DNA of 56,490 nt, filler included, from Squatina squatina (Eukaryota), in NCBI GenBank assembly GCA_031763465.1. It is 3 parts of 3 records of this genome, joined end to end, with 100 filler letters (N's around TTAATTAATTAA, not from the genome) between each part and the next. Parts side by side here need not be neighbours in the genome. Positions count along the whole stretch, not along the records: positions 1 to 15,797 come from JARFOE010000194.1; positions 15,898 to 40,943 come from JARFOE010000176.1; 1 more part is not named here. The stretch is one strand, 5' to 3'. Positions 10,559 through 22,465 of this stretch are shown here, piece after piece. The position numbers and the translations under genes were made by a program. Below the pieces are notes generated by a model. The model was not told where the DNA came from. It saw only the letters and a list, made by a program, of their open reading frames with translations, and searched no databases. Every line of letters begins with the position of its first letter. Position 1 is the first letter of the stretch.

Positions 10559-11905
10559 ATGATTTCCTGACTTGAACATTGTCAATGGTGGGGTGACTTT
10601 GAGGGGTTGAAGGTGAGCCAATTGTCACAGGGTACCCAGCCTCTGTCCTGCTCTTGTAGCCACAGTGTTGATATGGCTAGTCCAGTTGCAGGCACCACCT
10701 TGTTTTCATTGGGCACCCATTAGTATTCCCTATTTTAGCACTCTTCTTCAATTCAGAGAACATATTTTTCATTTGCTTCCATAAATAATTCACCCAAACA
10801 GTACTGACACAATTGACCACCCACTTCCATGATTTCTATATACTGGCTGTATATAGAAAATTTTCCTCTGCTTCTAAAATTGCCATACCTCACAGCCACC
10901 TGCTCCAGGGTCTCTTTGCTGAAGTGTATAGTTCTGGGAGCTACTCCAGCCATTCTGATCATGAAATCAGCATGCAAAAGAAAAATGCTGCCTCCCTTTA
11001 AAACTGCTATACTCCCTCCAACCCTGATCCTGCACCACACAGGTGCAATGACCCTTCCTGCCCACAGAAGATTACTGAAATTATGCGAAAAGACATGACC
11101 CCACCAAATCTGAGCAGGTCAGGCTGCCAGTAATTAGTGTAGGTGTATATTTGAGCACTGAAAGCACGACCACAGAATCAGCCTTTACATCAGCTGAACA
11201 TCTCAGCTGAATTATTTCCTTGCAATTCACTCCCACACATCCAGTAGCCTCTATACAAATGGTAAATCCTTCATTCTCAACCACCTTTCAAAGTGTGCTG
11301 CAGTTCAAGTGAAAGGCATTATACAATCAGAACAGAATGGACCCTTTAAAATGACTGCGTCCAAATAAAGGCATCAAATGATTGCTCGCCATAGATAAAC
11401 TGAAGTATGAAAATCAAAGGAAAGAGCACATCAGAACAAAACAGTGCTGCAACATTTATTTCTGATAGATGATTCATCCTTCAGAAACCAAGGTGGTTTC
11501 ATGGGGTACTGGAGTGTCAGAATAGGGACAGAGGTACTTTAGAAAGAATGATGCTACTCAGTAAAAGCGTGCCTGAATCTTTCATAATCTTCAGTAAAAA
11601 TTGTGATTCTTTCTACAGGTTAACTGTCTAACCAGTTTTCTTTATATGCCCATAGGAAGCTGATTTAAAGACGTTAGTTTCCAGCTATGCTAGACATTAC
11701 TCACAGGCTATTTTTGGTAATCCAAGTAAACTGTTTTNNNNNNNNNNTCACCAGCTGCCAATCATCTTACTCTGGGCTATTCAACCAGTCGCAGAGACTC
11801 ATTGGAGACCCAGACTGGGAATTTTCAACCATTTTGAAAGTACACTTTTATCCAACAATTCATTAGTATAGATAAGCCTCCTGCTTTTTAAATGTTTAAC
11901 TCTTG

Positions 11906-11919
11906 GTTTCCATAGTAAC
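11906..11919. promoter_or_regulatory. RFX X-box motif (candidate)
   Basis: GTTTCCATAGTAAC fits the X-box palindrome GTNRCC(N0-3)RGYAAC with one mismatch; no functional evidence. Confidence 0.3.
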
Positions 11920-13509
11920 TGGATCCATGATGGTTATTTTAAAAAATCATTGTTCATAAATCCTGTTACTAATTTCAATAAAGGAACTATCGTTACATAA
12001 TAGAGCCAATTTTGAACTCCTGCTCATTGGCATGGGTGTCCATGCATCCATTGTGCAGGGCCAGGCCACACTGAATTGTTCAATTGGAGTTCCTACCCCT
12101 AATTTGAATAGGCTAGAAGCAAAGGAAGTGCTTTCCTACAGAACCTGGCCTGTAGCACATTTGGCAGTGGAGCACAAAATCTGATAAGGCACAGGATAGA
12201 AGTTTATAAGGTTAAGTATAGATAGTAGTGATCAAATGTTATTTTCTGCTGAGTATATGGAATGTTTTACCATGGAAAGAAAGCTGGTGAATAATGTGGA
12301 ATGTAATTTTAAACAGATTCTCTGGAGTTTCACTTGGTTACCTTCTGGGGAGAGAAAATATTTTTCAGAACTTTTTCTCAGAAGATATAATAAGTTGGAA
12401 AGAGTCCATAATAAGTGTGATCATGGGAAGGAATGATTTTGATGTGGTGAATAGCTTTTCTCAGGTGCTTATACATTCAACAACACAAGGGTCTGTTATG
12501 TGATGCCATACACTTTCAGATGATAAGCACAATCAGGTGTAATGCTAACACACCCACAAAATACTGCTGAGCTCATACAGGCCACCGGTCGTCAGCAACA
12601 AGGTAAGTCACAGTATGGGGACTTCGGGAGGGTCTCATAGGAGGGAAGTGGACACTTTGTTTCTCCTGGTCCCACAAGGAAGTTAAGGAAAACTTACTTT
12701 AAATAGCCTCTTCTGGTCCCAGATCCTGTTCCCCTTGTCTNNNNNNNNNNNNNNNNNNNNNNNNNNNNNNNNNNNNNNNNNNNNNNNNNNNNNNNNNNNN
12801 NNNNNNNNNNNNNNNNNNNNNNNNNNNNNNNNNNNNNNNNNNNNNNNNNNNNNNNNNNNNNNNNNNNNNNNNNNNNNNNNNNNNNNNNNNNNNNNNNNNN
12901 NNNNNNNNNNNNNNNNNNNNNNNNNNNNNNNNNNNNNNNNNNNNNNNNNNNNNNNNNNNNNNNNNNNNNNNNNNNNNNNNNNNNNNNNNNNNNNNNNNNN
13001 NNNNNNNNNNNNNNNNNNNNNNNNNNNNNNNNNNNNNNNNNNNNNNNNNNNNNNNNNNNNNNNNNNNNNNNNNNNNNNNNNNNNNNNNNNNNNNNNNNNN
13101 NNNNNNNNNNNNNNNNNNNNNNNNNNNNNNNNNNNNNNNNNNNNNNNNNNNNNNNNNNNNNNNNNNNNNNNNNNNNNNNNNNNNNNNNNNNNNNNNNNNN
13201 NNNNNNNNNNNNNNNNNNNNNNNNNNNNNNNNNNNNNNNNNNNNNNNNNNNNNNNNNNNNNNNNNNNNNNNNNNNNNNNNNNNNNNNNNNNNNNNNNNNN
13301 NNNNNNNNNNNNNNNNNNNNNNNNNNNNNNNNNNNNNNNNNNNNNNNNNNNNNNNNNNNNNNNNNNNNNNNNNNNNNNNNNNNNNNNNNNNNNNNNNNNN
13401 NNNNNNNNNNNNNNNNNNNNNNNNNNNNNNNNNNNNNNNNNNNNNNNNNNNNNNNNNNNNNNNNNNNNNNNNNNNNNNNNNNNNNNNNNNNNNNNNNNNN
13501 NNNNNNNNN

Positions 13510-14105
13510 CTAAAATTCTCCAGTTCTGGCAACATCCTGGTAAATCTCCTCTGTACCCTCTCTAATGCAATCACATCTTTCCTGTAATGTGGTGACCAGA
13601 CCTGCACGCAGTACTCTAGCTGTGGCCTAACTAGTGTTTTATACAGTTCAAGCATAACCTCCCTGCTCTTAAATTCTATGCCTCGGCTAATAAAGGCAAG
13701 TATCCCGTGTGCCTTCTTAACCACCTTATCTACCTGTCCTGCTAACTTCAGGGATCTGTGGACATGCACTCCAAGGTCCCTCTGTTCCTCTACACTTCTC
13801 AGTGTTATACCATTTATTGTATATTCCCCTGCCTTGTTAGCCCTCCTCAAATACATTACCTCACACTTCTCCAGATTGAATTCTATTTGCCACTTTTCTG
13901 TCCACCTGACCAGTCCATTGATATCTTCCTGCAGTCTACAGCTTTCCTCTTCATTATCAACCACACAGCCAACTTTTGTTTCATCTGCAAACTGCTTAAT
14001 CATATCCCCTACAATGAAGTCTAATTCATTGATATATACCACAAAAATTAAGAGACATAGTATTGAGCCCTTGGAACCCCACTGGAAACAGCCTTCCAGT
14101 CACAA
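13510..14105 (-). mobile_element. CR1 LINE reverse-transcriptase fragment
   Basis: YINELD...KQFADETKV...LQEDINGLVRWTEKWQIEFNLEKCEVM...QRDLGVHVH...LYKTLVRPQLEYCVQVWSPHYRKDVIALERVQRRFTRMLP. Confidence 0.95.
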
Positions 14106-14250
14106 AAACATCCGTAAACCAATGTTCAGTCTAATTTTTTTGTACTGCGCGGGCCATGAACGCGACCATTTTGGCCGTGGGCAAATTTTACAACAACTTT
14201 TACAACAGCAGCAACCACTGAAAAGCATATATACAGTAATGCAATATTAG

Positions 14251-14410
14251 ACATAGAAACATAGAAACTTAGAAAATAGGAGCAGGAGTAGGCCATTCGG
14301 CCCTTCGAGCCTGCACCGCCATTCAATATGATCATGACGGTTCCTCTATCTCATCGCCATATTCCCGCTTTCTCCCCATACCCCTTGATGTCTTTAGTGT
14401 CTAAAAATCC
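14251..14410 (-). mobile_element. CR1 3' UTR/tail, adjoining an RTE element
   Basis: acatagaaacatagaaacttagaaaataggagcaggagtaggccattcggcccttcgagcctgcaccgccattcaatatgatcatg. Confidence 0.9.
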
Positions 14411-15147
14411 ATTCCTCTCTCTTAGGCAGTCCCTTGGGTTTGAGGATGACTTGCTTCCATTCAGGGGTTGTGGGTTCTGAGGTGGCTGAAAAGTCCGATG
14501 TGGGAACCGCAGAAACGGCCGCAGGTGGGGCAGGCGGTGCTTGATGAGGGGAGTGGCTGGTTTCCGCGCACTCCTTCCGCTGCCTGCGCTTGGCCTCCTT
14601 GTGCTCCCGCCGGAGAAACTCAAAGCAGTTGGCGCCTTCGTGAATGCTTCTTCTCCATTGCGGGCGACCTTGGGTCACGGATTCCCATGTGTCGGTGGGG
14701 ATGTTGCATTTTTTGAATGAGGCCTTGAGGACATCCTTGTAACGTTTCCTCTGCGCACCTCGGAATCGTTTCCCATGTCTGAGTTCAGAACATAGTGCTT
14801 GTTTCGGGAGTCTTGAATCAGGCACGCGGACGATGTGACCGGCCCATCGCAGTCGGGTGAGCGCGACCAGCGCCTCGATGCTGGGGATGTTGGCCTGACT
14901 GAGGACGCTGACGTTGGTGCGTTTGTCCTGCCAATTGATTTGCAGGATTTTGCAGAGGCCGCGTTGGTGATATTTCTCTAGTGCTTTGAGGTGTCTACTG
15001 TACAGTGTCCATGTCTCCAATGCATACAGGAGGGTGGGTACCACTGCTGCTCTTTAGACCATGAGCTTGGTGCCAGGTCGAAGGTCCTTGTCTTCAAACT
15101 GAATTTGGACGATCGGCCCTGATCATATTGATTGGCGGAGCAGGCTC
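14411..15147 (-). mobile_element. RTE-clade LINE (RTE-BovB-like) 3' portion, copy 1
   Basis: Uninterrupted VPTLLYALETWTLYSRHLKALEKYHQRGLCKILQINWQDKRTNVSVLSQANIPSIE...LRWAGHIVRVPDSRLPKQALCSELRHGKR; RTE-type 3' end gtcatcctc...gggactgcctaagagaga. Confidence 0.93.
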
Positions 15148-15247
15148 NNNNNNNNNNNNNNNNNNNNNNNNNNNNNNNNNNNNNNNNNNNNNNNNNNNNN
15201 NNNNNNNNNNNNNNNNNNNNNNNNNNNNNNNNNNNNNNNNNNNNNNN

Positions 15248-15797
15248 GGAGGCTTTGAGGACGTCCTTGAAGCGCTTCCTCTGCCCTCCTGGAAGTCGCT
15301 TGCCGTGACGATGCTCGGAATAGAGTGCTCGTTTCGGGAGTTTTGAGTCAGGCATGCGGACGATGTGGCCCGCCCAACGCAGCTCGTTGAGCATGACCAG
15401 TGCCTCGATGCTGGAGGTGTTGGCCTGAGAGAGGAGGCTGACGTTGGTGCATTTATCCTGCCAGTGGATTTGCAGGATTTTGAGGAGGCAGCATTGGTGG
15501 TATTTCTCCAGTGCTTTGAGGTGCCTGCTGTACGTTGACCATGTCTCCGACGCTTACAGGAGAGCGGGCATTGCTGCTGCCCTGTAGACCATGAGCTTGA
15601 TGCCAGGTTTGAGGTCTTTACCTTCAAATTCTCTCTTCCTCAAGCCGCCGATGGCTACACTGGCACAGGCACTGGATTTCAACGTCTATGTCTGCCTTCA
15701 CTGAGAGGAGGCTCCCAAGGTATGGAAAGTGATTCACATTGTCCAGGGGTTCGCCATGGATCTTGATAGTCAGGGGGGGCAGTGTTGTGTGGCTGGG
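15248..15797 (-). mobile_element. RTE-clade LINE fragment, copy 2
   Basis: LRWAGHIVRMPDSKLPKRALYSEHRHGKRLPGGQRKRFKDVLKAS, plus upstream RT C-terminal region (HFPYLGSLLS); diverged from copy 1. Confidence 0.9.
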
Positions 15798-15897
15798 NNN
15801 NNNNNNNNNNNNNNNNNNNNNNNNNNNNNNNNNNNNNNNNNTTAATTAATTAANNNNNNNNNNNNNNNNNNNNNNNNNNNNNNNNNNNNNNNNNNNN
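15798..15897. other. Artificial contig-join linker N44-TTAATTAATTAA-N44
   Basis: 12-mer with stop codons in all six frames, centred in exactly 100 positions; identical structure at 40944-41043. Confidence 0.95.
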
Positions 15898-18124
15898 TTT
15901 CAAAAATGGTCTAAATTAAACTTTAAAATTGTTCACATTTACATTGAAGTTTGATAGCAGCTATTATGTCGCAAGGTAAAAGCAAATTAGCAAGAGTTGA
16001 ATAAGAAGTTCGCTTCAGCATTAAATTACCTACTGTAGTGTCCTTGATGTAGCCACATTTGGGTGAGCAATTGTACAGGCTTCATGAGAAAACAGATGCC
16101 GGACCAGCTTGCATAAAATTGCTGACCAAGAGTGGTGGGTTTAGAAAAGGATTCACAGCAATATTGCGAAGGCTTGAGTGCTCCGCGCCTCCCTGAGGAT
16201 TGAATAGGTTGCATGCTTCCTGGCGTCACTAGTTGTGAGTTATTTTCAGCACCTCACCACTCTCAATTTGCTCATTCACTTTATATTTCATGGTAAAATT
16301 TGTACGATGCAATTTTAAGTCTACATTTTCACAATTAAAAACATTAACGATTTCATCAGACATTTGCTCAAGGTTGTTTGACATCAACATTACTTCCAGA
16401 CTGTAAGATAACCAATTGGTAACACACTGCACCTCAAATCACATGTGTAATATGAATTGAAGTTGATCTAAATCTTCACTGCATTTATCAATATTCATTG
16501 TACCATCTAACCCTGTGGCTGTTTATTCAGCAGAATAAGGGTAGATATTTGCCTTTCTGTAAATTGTCCGCCGAAAAATTTGAGGTTATTGTGTGCGTGT
16601 TCATTATTTACTGTACCTACTGTAACGGTTTAGTTAAATTAACCTCTTTGATCTTATTACTATTAATGTCAACAATATTAATCTGTTTGCTTTCAACTGT
16701 TTCGCACAATAGTTCAAGTAATGTGAAGTCATGGGCTGTAACATAAGGCAGTGAAGTGAGCAGCTCCTGCTCATTGGTGACACATTGTCTCCTTTTTCCA
16801 GTTTTTAAATTCAAAAAATTTGTATATATCTTTTTTGCTTTTTTTTTGTAGTGAGGGATATACAACAAAAGACTCTATTTTCACAAGTAGGGTTTTTTTG
16901 TACGAAATGTTACACATGGAAAACATAAACTAGCTTTCATAGAAATGCANNNNNNNNNNNNNNNNNNNNNNNNNNNNNNNNNNNNNNNNNNNNNNNNNNN
17001 NNNNNNNNNNNNNNNNNNNNNNNNNNNNNNNNNNNNNNNNNNNNNNNNNACTCAAACCACCAAGGAAGAGATTCCAATTAATGTTTAACTTACCTTTACA
17101 TTTCTAGAAATCTTCTGCAATACTGTATGACTTGAGCAGCTATGAATATTCATGAGTACACCGGTAATTTGTGTTCTTTGTCTCAATACTTGTTGTTCAT
17201 TGCTCATTTTGTCACAATTAGTTCAAATTTATTTAGATTTAATAGCAAAGAAATTGAGTTTGTTTTGTGAAGTTCACGGTTGCTTTGCAATCGGATTTAG
17301 TTTGATGATTAAGCAAACCAGAAGAATAAGTCACAGATCAGAGTGATCAACATTTGGAATTGATTTTCCCTGTCGGGTACTGGAGGCAAAAACCTTTGGT
17401 TCATTCACAATCCAGCTGGAGACTGAGTTTGTTCCCTGGATGGATGAGCTAAGACTGACCAAATGGCTTCCCTCATCTGTATTTATTTTGTGATTTGATC
17501 AGTGCACCAGAACAATAGTATCTTCCTCACAGCATGCACCTAACTGTACTGACTTGGGCAGGTCAGTAAATCTAAACAGGCAGTCCGCTCAGTTACAGCA
17601 CTACTAGATTCATTGCTGTCTGATATTTTATCTCCTGTTCGTATTTACCAGTCAAACTTTACCACTGAGGTTAAAGTAAATATTGATTCTGGGTCTGGAT
17701 TAGCTTTAACCTTGCCGTGGGTCACATGGAAGCAGAGAAATTCTTCCTTCATGAATCACTCTTCATTTACCATGAGGTAGGAATTAATATGGAATTACTT
17801 ATTTTTACTGAGAGTTTTCAGTCACAGGATTTTCCTTTCCTGAAGTGAAGAGACCTATGTGTTATTTTCAGTATGTTTCTCCCTTTATTGGCTTCAGCTT
17901 GCGGTTGTGCTGCGCATTCTAATGTGGAAGAGTCATCTCTGCACCACCATATCTATTTCTGACCAGTGAGCCTTTTCCTTGTATTCATTTTTTGGTGCAG
18001 CTATCCAGGGCAATGGATGTTAGTGCTGGAAAAACTGTACCAATTTCTACACTCAGTGACTCACTGACTACCCCCAGCTCAAGTGTAAAATTGCCAGGTG
18101 AGGAGTAAAACTTTTTTTTCACTT

Positions 18125-18461
18125 TCTGATTCACGGGACATGGGTGTCGCTGGCAATGCCAGCATTTATTGCCCATCAGAAGGTGGTGGTGAGCCGCCAT
18201 TTCAGTGGCAGTTAAGAGTCAACCACATTGCTGTGGGTCTGGAGTCACATATAGGCCAGACTGGGTAAGGACAGCAGATATTAGTGAACCAGATGGGTTT
18301 TTAACGACAATCTGGTAGTTTCATGGTCACCATTACTGATACTAGCTTTTTTATTCCAGATTTATTTAATCATGTGAGTTTAAATTCCCCAGCTGCCATG
18401 GTGGGATTTGAACTCATTCGTCCAGACGTCTGGATTATTAGTCCAGTAACATAACCACTAT
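18125..18461 (-). mobile_element. tRNA-derived SINE whose 3' tail is shared with a CR1-group LINE
   Basis: Minus strand begins atagtggttatgttactggactaataatccaga (A-box-like)...gagttcaaatcccaccatggcag (B-box-like); tail gatgggcaataaatgctggc also seen near 29250-29330 and 35960. Confidence 0.8.
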
Positions 18462-18589
18462 CTTACTGTTCCCATATATATGTAACTTCAACGTGCTTTA
18501 AACCCAAACTCAGAAGAATACATCCTACCATGCCAGCATATATCAGCCACCCTCCTCTCTGAATCGATTTGTACTGAATTATAACTGGC

Positions 18590-18957
18590 CGGAGAAGATT
18601 AAGGGGTGATCTAAATGAGGTGTTTAAGATGATTAAAGGATTTGATAGGGTAGATAGAGAGAAATTATTTCCTCTGGTGGGGGAATCCAGAATCTTAAAA
18701 TTAGAGCTAGGCCGTTCAGGGGTGATGTCAGGAAGCACTTCTTCACACGAAGGTTAGTGGAAATCTGGAACTCTCTCCCTCAGAGGTTGGGGGCCAATCG
18801 AAAACTTCAAAACTGAGATTGATAGATTTTTGGTAGGTGAGGGTATCAAGGGTTATGGAGCTGAGGTGGGTAGATGGAGTTAAGATACAGATCAGCTATG
18901 ATCCAATTCAATAGCGGAACAGGCTCGAGGGGTTGAATGGCCTACTCCTATTCCTAC
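18590..18957 (+). mobile_element. CR1 3' portion
   Basis: RRLRGDLNEVFKMIKGFDRVDREKLFPL, then 3' UTR ...ggaacaggctcgaggggttgaatggcctactcctattcct. Confidence 0.9.
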
Positions 18958-19846
18958 TTACCAGAAGCTGGGTTGAGACTGCCAATATCCATTTAATTTG
19001 ATGTTTTTATATCACTGGAGAGAAGGGAGATTCATCCCATCGGAACAGGGTAAATTCAGTACTAGGTCCCGGAGGTGATGGTATATTATGCTGACGTTTA
19101 TTGTCTGCCCTAATACTGCTGTCTCTGCCACACCCACTGATCTTCAAGATCATTTTTAAAATTGGGATCATCCTTATGTGATAGTAACCAAAAAAAAGTT
19201 TTGCTTTTTGAACATTCTTCCTGAACTGCAAAACTTGTGTCTTAAGAATGTGGGTAATTTTGGCACGAATAAATAGGAACTGAGTTTCCATAGATTGATC
19301 CTGCACCCTTGCTGCCTCCCATTTATGCAGAAGTTGTGGGGCAATATAGTAATGAGGAGCAAAATGTCAGCTAGGGCATTACAATTATGTCCTTACTCTT
19401 CCATTGTCTCTTTCAGACATTCCCTCCTCAATGGATTTNNNNNNNNNNNNNNNNNNNNNNNNNNNNNNNNNNNNNNNNNNNNNNNNNNNNNNNNNNNNNN
19501 NNNNNNNNNNNNNNNNNNNNNNNNNNNNNNNNNNNNNNAATTTCAGCTTACCAGAGGGAACTTCATATCACATCAGTTGTGAGCTCCACACAAATGACTG
19601 CCTTTTGCCAGCAGTTTGAAAAGGGCATAATGTGATCACAAGAAACACACATTTAATAAAAGGGAGAGATCACAAGTGTCCTAACAACATGCAGAATTAC
19701 ACAACAGTTCAGTAGAACACACAAACTCTACGGAGTTCTCATTCAGTTGTATAATTAGGGTGAATTCTTCACACTAACTTCTGTAAACAGCAAGCTTTTT
19801 TTTTGCTGGAAAATTCTGGTCGATTTGTTTCTAAACTCTTCCTTAC

Positions 19847-19946
19847 CTCCTGAATCTCCGTGTTGCCTTCTTGTTTCATTAATTTCAAGGCTCTTTTCAG
19901 CTCCTCAGCTGTGAAGGATTTAGAATCAGTGTTCACCATTCCCTGT
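19847..19946 (-). CDS. SIL1: SIL1 nucleotide exchange factor (BiP co-chaperone), internal exon (equivalent to human exon 5)
   Basis: Acceptor ttttgccctttcag, donor GAG|gtaagg; 100 nt, phase 2/0; (R)QGMVNTDSKSFTAEELKRALKLMKQEGNTEIQE aligns with recalled human [24 protein letters not shown]; in phase with the upstream exon. Confidence 0.92.
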
Positions 19947-20335
19947 CTGAAAGGGCAAAACCAAATGAATGACCAGAAGTCCTAATGTTATGTCACACTC
20001 GCTTAAAAAAATAAAAACGGCACACACAATTCCTGCAGTCAAGCCATCAGTTTGAATTTATGGAATTAAAAATCACTGGGAATGGTTGGGAGACCAACGG
20101 AGGCCCTAGATTTAAAGTGACATGGGCATCGCATTCAACTCACTACAGAGGAGGGTTCCCTTCATCCCCACGCTCTGCCCCGCACCTCTGAACTCACCTA
20201 GAATCAAAATCGGGGCTCAGACTTAATTTGCTGCGAGACAGATTTGGGGGAAATAAAAAGTTTAGAATTCCCCAAATCTTTCTATTTGTTCACTGTAAAG
20301 CAAGATTTTTTATCAGTGCAACATTCCTACAGTAC

Positions 20336-20447
20336 CTGCTTCCTTGTTTCCAGTACTTCAAACCACTCTCATCATCGGGAATTTTTGCCTCATTTTTTCC
20401 AGTCTCCAAGTTTAACCGAACATGTAGCCCTGCGGGAATTGCCTGAC
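20336..20447 (-). CDS. SIL1: SIL1 internal exon (equivalent to human exon 4)
   Basis: Acceptor tctatttatgcag, donor AG|gtactg; 112 nt, phase 1/2; (G)[36 protein letters not shown](R) matches the SIL1 signature [23 protein letters not shown]. Confidence 0.96.
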
Positions 20448-20599
20448 CTGCATAAATAGAACCACGGAACCCTGGTTACATGCGAGTTGAAGAGGGAGAA
20501 GGGAGAGAAGAGGAAGGGTGGGCAGGATTTACATTACAGCACACAGGCATTATCCCTACACTTAGAGGTAGCACTCCACAAGAACTATGTTGTACAGCT

Positions 20600-20808
20600 G
20601 AAAATCATACAGCACAGGAGGCCATTTGGACCATCGTTCCTGTACCGGCTCTTTGAAAGAGTTATCCAATTAGTCCTACTCACCCTGCTCTTTCCCCACA
20701 GCCCTGCAACTTTCTGTCCTTCTGGTATTTATCTAATTTCCTTTTGAAAGTTACTATTGGCTCTGCTTCCACCGCCCTTTCAGGCAGTGCATTCTAGATC
20801 ACAGCAAC
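20600..20808 (-). mobile_element. Older CR1-family 3' tail
   Basis: aatcatacagcacaggaggccatttggaccatcg...gcttccaccgccctttcaggcagtgcattctagatc. Confidence 0.7.
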
Positions 20809-22149
20809 ATGGGAACAAATCAAATAATTAAAGATCTAGTACTATGAATAGAAAAACACCCCTGTTGTCTCTGATGTCTTTCTGTGGTCGCTAAAACTTG
20901 AACTTTAGAGATGGTGCGGGTCTCAAGGAACCCGTTTGAAAATGGTTTTGCTTATTCCGTTTGAAAATGGTTTTCATGGATTTCAGGAAAACCAGCATAT
21001 GAACCTGTGAAGATAATAAATGTCTGGTGTGAAGTGATTAATACTTGGTGCAGTGGCAAAGGGTTATGAACAGAAGCTATAGAAATGACATTAAATATGC
21101 ATGAATAATAATATTTCTCTTAAGCTGCAGCACCATCTGCAAACCTTAGAAGCCGTATGCGTTCTGCAAGGTTTGAAGCACAGAATCTATGACGTGAGGC
21201 TTCAAAGCCTGAAGGGCCTTGGAACCTAAAAATCATTAACCTGCTGCTAAGAATGAAGTATCCAGAAATCTAGGTCACCACTTTTCTTGCGTTGCAATAA
21301 AGTCCACCCAAGGAATTTGGTGCTAGCATTTACAAATATTTGAGGAAATGACAGTATTGTAATTGGTTCCATTACAACAAAAAACAAACGGAAATTATTT
21401 GGAAATGCACAGCAGTTGTAGGGTATCTTGTGGTGGCTGTAAGATTTTTGACTCCAAGTTCACTGGCTGGCATTCAAAAACATCCAACCAATGTATGTGG
21501 AATTTCAACAGCTCTCAGCCAGGTTTCCTGCGTGGAATATTTTACCTTAATGTCTTCACAGCTCAGCACAATTAGTGACACTGTGTTCTAGTTCTCAGTA
21601 CACCTTCTGTCAGCTGTTCTGCTCGAGACTGCATAGGAGCCCATCCATGGCCACTCCCTTTTCCCCCTCCCAGCTACAGAAGACAGTATCAGTGTCAACC
21701 GTGGCTCATTTGGTCGCATGNNNNNNNNNNNNNNNNNNNNNNNNNNNNNNNNNNNNNNNNNNNNNNNNNNNNNNNNNNNNNNNNNNNNNNNNNNNNNNNN
21801 NNNNNNNNNNNNNNNNNNNNTCCTTGGTGAAGCAAAGGCTCCTAACACACTGCTCCTCGCTTAAGTGCAGGTAGGAGAAGTGCTCTCAGAAGAACCTAGG
21901 TGGATAAGGCCTCTTACTGAGAGCCCTCCTGCCCCATCTCCTCCTCACTCTCTGAGCAAATGGTATTAAACAGAGCTCTTTAAATGAGAAGCAAGCCATT
22001 CTCCACTTGCAGCAACAATCCCTGTCACTGTACCAACTTTAAATGATGGGAGAAAGCTCCAAACAGTTGCACAAACATAGACAGAGCCTGTAGAACTGGA
22101 AAGAGCAAGTCAGTTGCAAGTTGTTGATGATCCCTGTAAATAGCGCTGG

Positions 22150-22465
22150 TTGTGGGGTGGGGCTGGGGGTCCTTTCTGCTGCTGAACGCATGGTCAGCTG
22201 GCCGTGATTTGGCGAGGGCGTTCAATGGAGCGGCGACATCAAAAATGGAAGGTTGCGTGTCAAGTCAGCTTTGCACTCTGATTGACATCACAATCTGCCT
22301 CATTTCTATTTCAGCAGTGAGCGCAGGCAACGGCAATGCTGGCGACCTGCCCTAAATGGCGGCCGCCACGAGATCCGCCAGAAGTGGGCGGAAGTGAGGC
22401 AGCCGCCCTTTTTAATTCAAATTGGCCTTATCGGAAAGTGCAAACGGGCTGAATTCCATGGCCCC
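22150..22465. mobile_element. GC-rich MITE, right portion
   Basis: CpG-rich block ending ctgaattccatggcccc, a variant of the shared terminus. Confidence 0.55.

Noticed and set aside
11656-11716. Short plus-strand exon-like stretch EADLKTLVSSYARHYSQAIF
   Set aside because: Only 61 nt, unrecognised and with no partner exons; expected by chance.
12699-14042. 447-aa and 276-aa ORFs, and other X-containing ORFs in the track
   Set aside because: Their length comes from N runs; the real part is CR1 reverse transcriptase.
15842-15853. TTAATTAATTAA as a biological palindrome or homeodomain site
   Set aside because: Exact 44-N padding on both sides at two sites marks it as an assembly spacer.
17094-17114. 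21-nt in-frame minus-strand microexon (KISRNVK) downstream of the SIL1 exons
   Set aside because: The donor is good but the polypyrimidine tract is poor; it lies in a different contig and does not match SIL1 as recalled.
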